64,000 nt of DNA, from positions 2,048,001-2,112,000 of the forward strand of contig CM000152.2 in assembly GCA_000004695.1 (NCBI GenBank). The letters are read 5' to 3'. The position numbers were made by a program, and so were the translations under genes. Of this stretch, positions 27,436 to 39,530 are shown piece after piece. The notes under the pieces are model-generated. The model searched no databases, was not told the DNA's origin, and was given only the letters and a program-made list of their open reading frames with translations. This DNA comes from Dictyostelium discoideum (taxonomy: Eukaryota). Positions within the stretch are counted from its first letter, which is position 1, and the number at the start of each line of letters is the position of its first letter.

Positions 27436-27549
27436 AAAAAAAATTTAAATTTATAAATATATATAAATAGAATTTTTTTTATAATAGAGTTTATTTAATT
27501 ATTAATTCAAAAAGTAATAATATTTTAATTATAATATAAATAATAATGA

Positions 27550-27587
<38 letters not shown>

Positions 27588-28120
27588 AAAATAAAATATT
27601 GTAAATAAAAAAAAAATTAAAAAATAAAAAAATTAAAAAATAATATTTATTGTAAAAAAAAAAATAAAAAAATAAAAAAACTATTATTCATTGAAACATA
27701 TTCCATATAATTGAACTCTATATTTTTTTAAAATTATTTTTTCAATTTTAAAATTTATTTTTTAAAAAAAAAATAAAATACCAAAATAATAAAGAATTTA
27801 ATAATGGTGTTTTCAATTTTAAGATTCTTATTTTTAAAAATAATAAATAAATTTATTAATTTTATTTTTTTTTTTTTTTTTTTTTTTTTTTATTTTATTT
27901 TTTATTTCGTAGCAAACAAATGATTTAGAGTAATAGAATTTTAAAATACATTTTTCTTTATTTTTTAAATAATATTAAATCAAAAAAAAAAAAAATTAAT
28001 CAATTAATCAATAAGTGGTGGTTCATTGTGTATATGGTCTTTCAAGTAGGCATTTTTATTTTGATGTAGGTTAATTAAATATATTTTATCATCATCTAAA
28101 TAAAAAGAAAAAACATAATA

Positions 28121-28526
28121 ATAAATTATTTTAAATTTAGTATCTTTAGGGATTATGTCATATGAGGGACAGTGGTGTGGGTATTATGTGGTCGTCTTTT
28201 GAGGTAAGTATTTTTTTTAGGTAATAAATTATTTTAAATCGGTAATTATAGGTATTATGTTGTATGGAGAGGGGAGGGTGGGAATGGGTATTATGTGGTG
28301 GTATTTCGAGGTAAGTGTTTTATTTTAGGTAGATATTAAAATACTTACCTCAAAAGACCACCGCATTATACCCTCCCTTTCTCATTTAACCTATTACCTA
28401 TAACTACTAAATTTGAAATAATTTATAACCATAAAAAAATGCTTACCTCGAAAGACCACTTAAAACCCATACCACTCTCCCCTCCTCATATGACATAATC
28501 CCTAAAGATACTAAATTTAAAATAAT
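28121..28526. repeat. Compound imperfect palindrome of about 400 bp made of four ~95 bp related units. Two are direct on the left arm and two are inverted on the right arm.
   Basis: 28131..28166 (ttaaatttagtatctttagggattatgtcatatgagg) is the reverse complement of 28476..28511. Each unit carries gtggt(c/g)g.cttt(t/c)gaggtaag(t/c)(a/g)ttt on one strand, which is acttacctc(a/g)aaagacc on the other. Units also contain CCC(A/T)(C/T)A-type motifs (atacccacacc, aacccatacc, ataccctccc). No ORF exceeds 60 aa across 27.5-29.7 kb. Confidence 0.8.
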
Positions 28527-29622
28527 ATATTGTATGATCCTTCATTTTATAGTTGTACCAATTAATAAGAATAGTCAATTCTCATTACATAGTTCGTCAA
28601 CTGGAGAGTTAAAAGTGATCAACATCAATGGGAAGTCGTTATAAGATATAAACATTTTAGAGTATTTCAAATTAATAATGAGGTTTTTAATTCATCCTCA
28701 TCAACACCTTCTTCCATTTATTCACCTTCTTCATCTGCACTTGGTGGTAGTAATTATAATTAATTATTAAATTAACCAATTTATATTTATTTTAAATTGT
28801 TTTGTTAAAACATAACTAAAAATAAAATATTAGTATTAACAAGATATTTTAAAAATCTTGGTACATTACATTTTTCAATTCATTTTCCAATAAATTCTTT
28901 GGGTTCATCTGAATAATAATTTTTTTAAAAAAAAAAAAAAAATATTAATTTAATACCATTTATTTATTTTATTTTTATTAAAAAAAAAAATTAATTGCCA
29001 TCAAAACAATTTTAAGATCTAAATTTGAATTTTTTAAATTATCTGTTAAATTCTTTGAAATAATATTATTATTATTTATGGATTATTATTGTTATTATTA
29101 ATTTTTTTTTATTTTTTGAAATCTAGTGATTTAAACAACTTTATTGAATTATCAATTCTTAATCATTTTTTTAAAACAAGATCCACATAGGTTGATAAAA
29201 TTCTAAAAAAAATTTTAATAATATACATGTATATATTCATTAAAGGGTAGATTGGGTCAATTTGGGGTTGTCTTTGTATATGTATAAGATAGCTTTTATA
29301 TTTTCTAATTATTTTTGTATATCAAAAAATTTAAAGAATTAGAAATAATATTTTTTTTTTATTTTTATTTATATTTTTTATTTTCGCCTTAAATTTACAA
29401 CTCGGGGATGGTGAAGTATTTATAAATAATATATTTAGCAGTACTTTTGGTCAATGGTAGGTGAAATAAAATATCTTATTGATTTTCAAAATGATTTAAA
29501 ACGTTTTTTTGAGAAAAAAAATAAAAAAAAAAGGAATGGGAAATAAATTTATGACAATGATTTATTTATTTTATTATTTACTTATTTTTTTTTTTTTTTC
29601 TTGTTTAACCTAATAACAAAAA

Positions 29623-29665
<43 letters not shown>

Positions 29666-29798
29666 TATTTTGTTTTGTAAAAAAAAGGACATTAAAATAT
29701 TGATCTTGAAGCTCTGACCCTTGATGAATGTTTTTTAATTTTTTTTGATTTTTCTTCTTCAATGTCATCATCGTCAGATAGGATGATGTCAAGTTTCT

Positions 29799-31468
29799 TC
29801 AATAACTTTGAAGTATTTTGTTTGGTTGATCTTTTTTCTTTCTCCTTCTCTTTCTCTTTCTTTTCTTTTTCTTTTTCTTTTTCTCTTTCTCTTTCTTTTT
29901 CTTTTTCTCTTTCTTTTTCTCTTTCTCTTTCTCTTTCTCTTTCTCTTCTCTTTCTCTTTCTCTTTCTTTTCCTTTTCCTTTTTCTTTTTCTTTTTCTTTT
30001 TCTTTTTCTTTTTCTTTTTCTTTTTCTTTTTCTTTTTCTTTTTCTTTTTCTTTTTCTTTCTCTTTCTCTTTCTCTTTCTCTTTTTCTTTCTCTTTTTCTT
30101 TTTGTCTTTGTTTTTGTTTTTCTTTTTGTTTTCTCTTTTTGGAGGATTTCTTTTCTTCAACTTTTTGTTCATCAACTTCTGGTTCATTTTGAAGATCAGT
30201 CTCTTCATCTACATTAACTTTAAGTTCTTTTTCGAACTCTTGACATGTTTCATTTTCTCTCTCCTCGTCAACATCTTCAACTTGTTCAACTTGTTCATCA
30301 GCTTGTTCATCAACTTTATCATCAACCTGTTCATCAACTTCTTCATCAACTTCTTCATCAACTTCTTCATCAACTTCTTCAACTTCCTCATCAACTTCTT
30401 CATCAACTTCTTCATCAAATTCTTCATCAAATTCTTCACCAACCTCTTCATCAACTTCTTCATCAAATTCTTCATCAACTTCTCCATCAACTTCTTCAAA
30501 TTTTTCATCAACTTCTTCGTCAACTTCTTCATCAACTTCTTCATCAATTTCTTCATCAACTTCTTCATCAAATTCCTCTTCAATGGCATTTTCATCAACT
30601 ACTTCTCCTTCCCCCTCTTCTTCCTCCTCTACCTTATCATCTACTTGATTACTAACTGAATCGAATGGTAAATGGTCCATCGAAACATCTGATTCTGTTT
30701 CAGAATCATCATCAAATTGACAAACTTCTTTTTGTGGAGTATCAGCAAAATTAATAATGTCAGAGTTTTCATAACTATTGTAGATGATAGGATATTTCTT
30801 TTTAATTGATTGAATAAATTCTTGGTTGATAACATCATGTTCATAGTGTCCATTATCCTCCTCCTCTTCCTCTTTCTCATTCTCGACATTACCATCATTT
30901 TGATGTGTATCATCATCACCAGCAGCAGCAGTAGCAGCAGCATCATAATTAATTGACAAAGAATGAATATGATTTCCACGATTATGTCTTCTCCATAATG
31001 AATTATATCTGTTTGGTGCCCAAACTAATCTTACCCTTTTGAAAAAGGTGGATTTTTTAGCAACTTTTATAATTGGTTTGATTTGAACATCTTGATGAAT
31101 GTCATCCATCATTTCTTGTTGTTGTTGTTCTTCTTCAACATGTTTAGATGATTCATCATCAAATTCTTCATTTTCAAGGTCTTGATTTTCTTCTTGTTCA
31201 AATTCCTTTTCATTCTCACTGGTATGAGTACTTTCCTCTTGTTCCTTTGTTAAAAGACTATTGAACATTGAATTAACTTCGGAAAAAGCTCTTTGTGGAG
31301 AAAGTGAATTTTCAATGTTGATTTCTAATGATTGTTGTTCTTGATTTAATTTTGATGTTGAATTAAGATTTTTGTTTGGTGTATTATTTGGAGTTTTTTC
31401 AACAATGGTTGATGCTCTCTTAATATTTACATTTTTTTTAGTGGTTGATTGTGGTGATTTAAATTCAA

Positions 31469-31525
<57 letters not shown>

Positions 31526-33114
31526 CTGATTGTTGTAATAAAGAATTTTGTTTATCAGCAGGTGATTTCCATGGTGTTTCAATTGTAAGTGGAAGGAAAC
31601 CTAATTGCTCATTGGTATTTACAGAGTAAGGGAATACAGTGTGAGTTGTAACAGGTGTTTGTGGTATTTGTTGAGTTACTTTTTGTATTGATGATGGTAC
31701 TTGTGTGGTAATTAAAGATTTTTGTAATGTTGATTGTTGTTGTTGTTGTTGTTTATTAAATGAAAGTTGTCTTGGTGGCATAGGTGTTTGTTGATGAATA
31801 TATGGTTGTGGTGGTTTAACCTTAATTGGTGTTGCTCTCATCAATTCACTTACAACTTTTTGTTGTGATTGTGATTGTGATTGTTGTTGTTGTTGTTGGA
31901 TTGGTTGTTTATTTACATTCTTAAAAATACTTTGAGGAGTATATTGTGGTTGTGATTGTTTTGAAGTTGAAGCAAAAATTGATGGAGTATTAATTACAAA
32001 TTTAGAGGCATCCAATTGGTGGCCTGAAGGAGTTTTTAAAAGTGGAGAAACCATTGAAGTTGAAGATGATTGAAAAACTGAAAATGGTGTCATTGGTGGA
32101 TTTGGAATAACTTGTGATAATGGAGTCATTGGTGTAAGAGGTATTAAATGATCAGTATTACTTGGTTCAGAACCAAAACTTGTATTAATTTCATCACCAA
32201 CATTATCATACTCTGAGGATGATTGAGGTGAAAATGAACCTTGAATCATGGTTGAATAATCTCCTTCCCCATCATATTCAATATCACTTTGTTGCTCTTG
32301 ATCATATTCACTTAAATAACTACCACTATCATTTTGGTCTTGATCTTGATCATCATTTTGAACCTTATCATCATCATCATCATCATTAGTAGATCGATTC
32401 ATAGTTTGTAAAAACTTTGAAGAAATTGGAATTGCTTTCTTTGAGAATTGAGATGAATGATTAATCTTTGAAATAGTTGTTGGAATTGTATTGTTTTTAG
32501 AAGCAATAATATTTGAAATATTTTGGAGTGGTACTTTCTATAATAATAAAAATAATAAATAATTTTATTATTAATATTATATTTTTTTAATAAAAAAAAA
32601 AAATTAAAAAATTAAAAATTATGTTTCAATCTAATAAAATTTACCTTTTCACTATTAAATACTTTTGAAAGATTTGGTGTTTTTGGTGTCATTGGCAATG
32701 CATTTGTTTTGAAGGTAAATTTCTTACCATACATAACGATGGTATCACCATCATTTAACAAGGCACTTGTACCATTTTCAACGGTGGATCCATTAAGACA
32801 AGTAACATTAAATTTACTAAGATTGGAAATTGTTGGTCTCCCTTGCTTATTAAATTTAATTATGGCATGTTCTCTAGAGCAACCATAAATTTGAAGTCTA
32901 AGATTACAATCAAGTGAACTTTAAAAAAAAAAAAAAAAAGTTTATAAAAAGAAAAAATAAAATTTTATGTAAGTTTTTTTTTTTTTTTTTTTTTTTATGG
33001 TTGATCAGTAGAATTAGTTTGAACTTACCTTCCAAATAAAAAATCTTTACCCTGTTCAATCTCCACTACTTGAGATGAAGGTAAAACCAAATGGAATGAA
33101 CGTAATGTTTCCAT
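29799..33114 (-). CDS. FHA-domain protein with a huge low-complexity C-terminal region. Structure is complement(join(29799..32537,32645..32918,33029..33114)).
   Basis: Exon 1 is METLRSFHLVLPSSQVVEIEQGKDFLFGR, ending at a GTAAGT donor. Exon 2 encodes the FHA core (...CSREHAIIKFNKQGRPTISNLSKFNVTCLNGSTVENGTSALLNDGDTIVMYGKKFTF), ending at a GTAAAT donor. Exon 3 begins KVPLQNISN... after a TTATAG acceptor and joins in frame to the 867-aa ORF starting MNRSTNDDDD. The C-terminus is made of (EEVD/EEFD)n, (EK)n and poly-K repeats. The product is 1032 aa. Confidence 0.85.
29815..30130. repeat. Coding pyrimidine microsatellite with (CTTTCT)n, (CTTTTT)n and (TC)n on the plus strand, which is (GA)-rich on the coding strand. 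It encodes the (EK)n/(KR)n/poly-K tail of the FHA protein.
   Basis: There is more than 300 bp of near-pure T/C on the plus strand with 5-6 bp periodicity. It spawns the artefactual ORFs 29762..30217(+), 29808..30659(+) and 29789..30208(-). Confidence 0.9.
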
Positions 33115-33201
33115 AATGAATTTAATAAATAATTATTATTTTTATTTTTATCTTTTGAAAATTTTATAATCTTTGTTATTTTATTTTATTTTTTTTTTTT
33201 T

Positions 33202-33234
<33 letters not shown>

Positions 33235-33826
33235 TATATGTATAATTTATTTAATTAAAAACAAGAGTGAAAAAGTTTACAAAGTAAAAAGAATATTGAA
33301 AAAAAAAAAATTAAAAATTAAAAATTAAAAAAAAAATTAAAAATTTAATTTAATAAAAAAAAAAAATAAAAAAAAAAAAAAAAAGCGGGAAAAAAAATTT
33401 TTTATTACAGGAATTTTACTAAATTTGGTGAAAGTGTTTTTTTTTTATTATATTTGTTTTTGTTGGTAAAATTTCTACATAAATTCACTGATCATCAAAT
33501 TCAACGTGCACTCTATGACAATCGTAATGATCTTATCTTTGTACCTCCAAATTAGTTTTTTTTATTACAACAATTAAAACATTGAAATTTTACCAACATA
33601 ATAATATAAATAAAAAAAAAAAAAAACACTTTTTATATAAACGCATTCAATCTATAGACAATAAATCTATTTTAACTAAATGTCTAATTTTTTAATTATT
33701 ATTTTTTTTTTTTTTTATAATTATCCATTGTAGTTCCTTTTTATTTTTTTTATTTTTTTTTGTGAGAAATTAAAAATATATTGAAAATCAAAAACATTTC
33801 GATAACTTGCACAAATTGTGTGTGTG

Positions 33827-33846
33827 TGTGTGTGTGGATGTGTTGG
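33827..33846. repeat. (TG)10 microsatellite in an intergenic AT-rich desert.
   Basis: The sequence is aaattgtgtgtgtgtgtgtgtgtgga. Confidence 0.95.
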
Positions 33847-33884
33847 TTTAATCATAAAATATCTCAAATTAAAATTTTATTTGA

Positions 33885-33957
<73 letters not shown>

Positions 33958-34244
33958 TAAAGCATCTGTATGGTTATTATAATTATATTATTTTATTCTT
34001 AAAAGGCCTTACATTTTCGTTTGTAAGTTAAAAAAATATATTTTTTTTTAAGAAACTGATGTATTTGTTATATGGTTTTTTAAAAGAAAAAAAATCAAAA
34101 GGGTTTTTAAAATAATTAGGGGGAAGAACGTTTATTATTATTTAAATAATTTTTTATTTTTGGGTAATCAAATCAAAAAAAAAAAAAAAAAAAAAAAATT
34201 AAAAAATAAAAAAAAATTAAAAAAATTAAAAAAAAATAAAAATA

Positions 34245-34276
<32 letters not shown>

Positions 34277-34843
34277 AAAATAAAAAAATAAAAAAATAAA
34301 ATTAAAAAAAAAAAAAAAAAAAATTGGGTATAAAATTAAAACAAACAAAAAAAAAAAAGACATAAATAATAGTATAAAGCTATTTTGTATTTAAATACAA
34401 AAACAATTCAATAAAAAGACAATAAAAAAAAATATTAATAATAATAGTCATAACTGAATATATAAATAAAAATTTTGTAACATTAATAAAAAATAAAAAA
34501 ATTAAATTTTTAAAAAAAAAAAAAAAAAATTAAAAAAAAATTTAAAAAAATTTAAATATAATAATAACAACAATAATAATAATAATAGTAATAATAATAG
34601 CCTTATAATAATAGCCCTAATAATAATAATAATAATAATAATTTATAATAATAACAATAGTAATAAAATAATAAAATAAATAAATAAATAAATAAATATC
34701 ACAATATAAAAAAAATAAAATAAAAAAAAATAATAATATAGTAAAACCTAATATAAATAATAAATAATAAATATAAATAATAAATATAAATAATAAATAA
34801 TAAATAATAAAATAATAAATAGAAATAAAATAACGAATAATAA

Positions 34844-34874
<31 letters not shown>

Positions 34875-34918
34875 CACATTAAAAGAATTAAAGTAACAAA
34901 AAAAAAAAAACTAAAAAA

Positions 34919-35325
34919 ATGATGGTTCCATCACTATCAACATCAATCTCTTCGCCCGCATTATTTAAAGTAAGAGAGAAAAAAAAAAAAAAAAAAAACA
35001 AAAAAAACAAAAAAAACAGTAACAAAAAAAAAGAAAAAAATAAAAAACTTACATTTTTTAAACTTATTATTATTATTATAGAATAGAGAAGGTGGAGAGG
35101 AAGGAAATGATGGTGGTCTTGAACAATTACAAAACCAAGTTAATGATCTAGGTGATTTAAATTTCAATGAAGAGGGTGATTACAATAATGATCAGCAACC
35201 TACAAATGAAGAGGAGGGTACAGCTGATAATGAATTAGAAAGTTTAATGTCATTAGTTAATGATAATAATAATAATAACAACAACACCAGTGGCATTGAT
35301 GATGATAATAATAATGATATTGATG

Positions 35326-35384
<59 letters not shown>

Positions 35385-35979
35385 GAAGGATTAAATGATT
35401 TATTTATATCATCAATAAATGTATCAACATTATTGAATGATTTAGATCAATTATCAGATACACATTCACATGCAAGTGTTAGTAATCAAAGTAGTAATGG
35501 TAGTGTAAGAAGAGGATATGATATTAAAACACAAAGATCAGTTGGCACAAAGGGACAAGGCGGAAGTAGTGGTAGTTCACCAAGATCAAACTCACTCAGA
35601 GTCTATAGAACTTTTCCATATAGAGGTGATCATCATTTCTCTTGGTTAAATAATATTAGAGATGTAGATAGTAGTGAAGATCCAAATTCTTGTCATAATA
35701 GTAATAATAATAATAAAAATAATAAAAACAATCAACCATCTTCGACACATGATCAAACAAACATCAATAATAATAATAATAACAATTGTAACGATAACGA
35801 AAAACCCATTAAACCAAATTCAACTAATGGAATTAGACATAGCAGAAAATATAAAGGTTTACAACAATTAGATTTTTTAGGTTCAAATATAATACTACCA
35901 CAGCAACAACAACCACAACCAATTGAAGATAATCAACAAGTTGTACCACAACCATTTCAAGTAGATGCCGAGTCTAACT

Positions 35980-36056
<77 letters not shown>

Positions 36057-36489
36057 AATAATAATAATAATGATAATGAAAATAATCAACACCCAATAAA
36101 CCCTGTAAATACTCAAAACACCCAACAAAATGTAACACATAGTAATAATAATAATAACAATAATAATAATAATACAGCACCACCAAATCAATGGTCAGAA
36201 TTAATTGAAAGTTTAGGATATGGTTCACAATCTGATGAACAAAAAACGTTTGGATCGACATTGGATGATTTAAATAATGCAAATAGTTGTTCAGATTTAA
36301 AGGATTTAATAGTTGATGGTATTTCAATAAATAATGAAACTAGTCCTTCCCAAAGTCAAGAAATAACAGATTTTAGTAAAATTGATAATTTAAATAAAAA
36401 TATCAATATCAATAATAATAATAATACAGATTCACAACAACCATTACCCTCAATAGATGTAAATTTTAGCCATAATAATAACAATAATA

Positions 36490-36564
<75 letters not shown>

Positions 36565-38134
36565 TACAAGATATTCAAATACCATATCACCAAAATGATC
36601 AAGATTATAATATACAAGAAGGTAACGATATTAATAATGATAATTATGAAATTAGGGTTAGTAATAACGATGATGATAATGATAGTAGTAATAATAATAA
36701 TAATAATAATAGTAAATTTCAAGAAAACTTAAATTTGTTGAATACGGGTATGGGTGGTAGAATTTGTAAAACAGATCAAAAGAAACAACTTTCTAGAACG
36801 ATTACATTTGCTGATCCATCTTCAATTCTCAGTTTTTTTGGTTCTATTCCAACTGATGAAGATCAAAATAATAATAATAATAAAAATAAAAATACTACTA
36901 CAACAACCACAACCACTAATACAACAACAACAACAACAACAACAACATCAGCATCAGCAGCAGCACAAAATAAATTAGATTTATTATCATCATTAAGTGC
37001 AGGACAATCTAGTGGTGGTGTTGGTGGTGGTAACAATGTATTAAATTCATCATCAACACCAGCAATAAAGGTTAATCATCAACATAAAGTAACAGAACAA
37101 AATAGAACATCATCAAAGATTAGTTTATCAACTATATTTCCAAAACTACCACCATTTACTAATCAACAATCACCACCAACTTTATCACCATCGAAATATT
37201 ATTATCCATTGTTACAACCTGAACCAACCACATTGATTAGAGGGTTCTCTTCTGCTGCTGATATAAATAAAAGAGGTCTAAAGAGAGCAAAGAAACCAAT
37301 GGAAATGGAGGATGTATATCTAACTCAATATCCATTAGGTGATGATCAAGATTCTCAAATTGCTTTATTCGCTATTTTCGATGGTCATTCTGGTAAAGGT
37401 TGTGCTGTTGCTGCAAAAGAAATATTTCCAAATGTATGTATAAAAAAAAAAAAATAGATATATCTATATAAAAATAAAAAAAATACATATATATTAATTA
37501 TTTTATTATTTTTTAGATTTTATTAAAATATATTAAATCAACAAAGAATGAAAATGGTGGTAAACCAATTTATGATATGAGAGGAGTATTTTTAAATGCA
37601 TTTAAAGAAGTTGATGCACAATTAAGTAAATTTGAATATGAAGGAGCAACAGCTACTGTTTGTTTAGTTTGGAGAGCAGGTCATCAAAGATTTGTACAAT
37701 CGGCGAATGTTGGTGATTCAACTGCATTCCTAAGTTATGGAAATGAAACATTGTTCCTAAGTAAAGATCATCGTGCAACTGATCCAGAGGAAATTCAAAG
37801 AATTAAAAATGATGGTATTACATTAACTGAAGGACAAACTAGAATCAATGGTTTAATGGTTAGTAGAGCATTGGGTGATCATTTCATTAAACATCTAAAT
37901 TGTGGTCTTTCTGGTGAACCTTATGTTTCACCACCAATTTCAATCACACCATTTCATTCTCATTTAATCGTTGCTTCTGATGGTCTTTGGGATGTTATTT
38001 CTGGAAATCGTGCTATGGAAATCGTTAAAGTTCAACAAACTGAAGAGAAAATGTCAAATTCTTTACTTCAATGTGCAATTGGTTCAATTAAAGCTAAAGA
38101 TAATATTTCAATTATCGTTGTAACACTTCAGTAA
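34919..38134 (+). CDS. Protein phosphatase 2C (PPM family) with a long N/Q/T-rich N-terminal extension. Structure is join(34919..34969,35082..37433,37517..38134).
   Basis: The ORF 35247..37457 has an in-frame extension upstream to a TTATAG acceptor at 35081. A plausible 17-codon first exon (MMVPSLSTSISSPALFK, GTAAGA donor) starts at 34919; it carries lower confidence. The PP2C catalytic domain starts at ...MEMEDVYLTQYPL...ALFAIFDGHSGKGCAVAAKEIFPN. An 83-bp GTATGT...TTTTAG intron (37434..37516) follows. The domain continues ...ATATVCLVW...VGDSTAFLS...LSKDHRATDPEEIQRIKNDG...RINGLMVSRALGDHFIK...VASDGLWDV to the stop at 38134. The product is about 1006 aa. Confidence 0.8.
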
Positions 38135-39386
38135 AAAAAAAAAAAAAAAAGTTTTAATCACTTCAAAAAGGAAAAAAAAAAAAAAAAAAAAAAAAGGAAA
38201 AAAAAAGAAAAGTAAAAAAAAAAAAAAAATAATAGACAAGTTTAAAAATAAAAATAAAAAAAAAAAAAGAAATTTTAAAAAAATAATAATAATAATAATA
38301 ATAGTAATAATATTTTTTTATATTTATTAAAAAAGGATGGTTTATGAAAGTTTTGGAGTGATCAGTAATTGATTATTACGGAAATCAATCAGATCGATAA
38401 TAAACAACCGTTTTATAGATCAAAATTTAGATTGAAAAATTTTACAAAAAAAAAAAAAAAAAAAAGGAATCAGGGAGTGAAAAAAAAAAAAAAAAAAAAT
38501 CAAAATTTTTTTTTTTTTCGATTGGAATCGAGATCTAGATCAGAAAATGAGGTTTTTTTTTCATTGGTTTTCTTTTTTTTTTTTTATTAATAGACTTTTT
38601 TTCTTTTTTTTTTTTTTTTTTTTTTTTCGGTTTGCAGTTGTTTTAAAAATGAAATGTTTTTTTTTTTCATTTATTTTCTTTTTTTTTTCAAAATATTTTC
38701 ATTTTACATTCATTATTTTACGAACTAATAATAATTAAATATTAATAATTAATAAAATTATTATTATTATTTTCAATTACATTTTTTTTTTTGTTGTTTC
38801 AAAAATTGAAAAAGTAAAAAAAAAATAAAAATTATAAAAATAAATTAAAAAATTAAGTTATATATAAATAAAAAAAATTAAATTTCCTTCTTTTTTTTTT
38901 TTATTTATTTTTAATTATTTTAATTTTTTTTTTTTTTTTTTAAAAAAAATCCAATTTATTTTTATAATAATATTATAATTACCCAAGTCCGAACTAGCAT
39001 CACCCCCATCACCAAAAAAAAAAAATATAAAAAAAAAAAAAAAAAAAAAAAAGGAAATAAAACACACTTTCAAACACAAACACCTTTTTGGGTATTGTAA
39101 CAAAAAAATTATAATTGAATAAAAAAAAAAAAATAATATATAAATAAAACAAAAATATAAATAAAAAAATAAAAAAAAAAAATAAAAAATAATAAATTGA
39201 AAAAAATATATTTATTAAAATCAAATCAAATCATTCCTTTCATTAATAAAAGGAATTTTGTATGTAATAATTATTTATTTATTTAATTTTTATTTAATTT
39301 TTATTTAATTTTTTTATTAAATTTTTAATTAATTTTTTTTATTTTTTTATATTTTTTTATATTTTTTTATAACTCCATCCACAAAA

Positions 39387-39469
<83 letters not shown>

Positions 39470-39530
39470 ATATTAATAAAAAAAAAAAAAAAAAAATAGG
39501 AATAAAAAAAAAAAAAAAAAAAAAAAAAAA

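Noticed and set aside
28121-28526. Calling the palindrome units bona fide U1 snRNA genes, or a CRISPR-like array
   Set aside because: Only the first ~10 nt resemble U1, and I could not find the 70K-binding loop (AUCACGAAGG) or an Sm site. Units are about 95 bp and arranged as inverted pairs, not spacer-repeat arrays. This is a eukaryotic AT-rich genome. It is left as an unexplained repeat or ncRNA candidate instead.
29762-30659. Plus-strand ORFs of 151 aa and 283 aa and a minus-strand 139-aa poly-K ORF in the CT microsatellite
   Set aside because: They are translations of (CTTTCT)n/(TTC)n on the wrong strand or frame of the FHA gene tail. They are pure poly-F/L/S or poly-K.
35895-36732. Antisense poly-V, poly-I and poly-C ORFs opposite the PP2C N-terminal poly-N region
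   Set aside because: They are homopolymer translations of (AAC)n/(AAT)n antisense. They are not genes.
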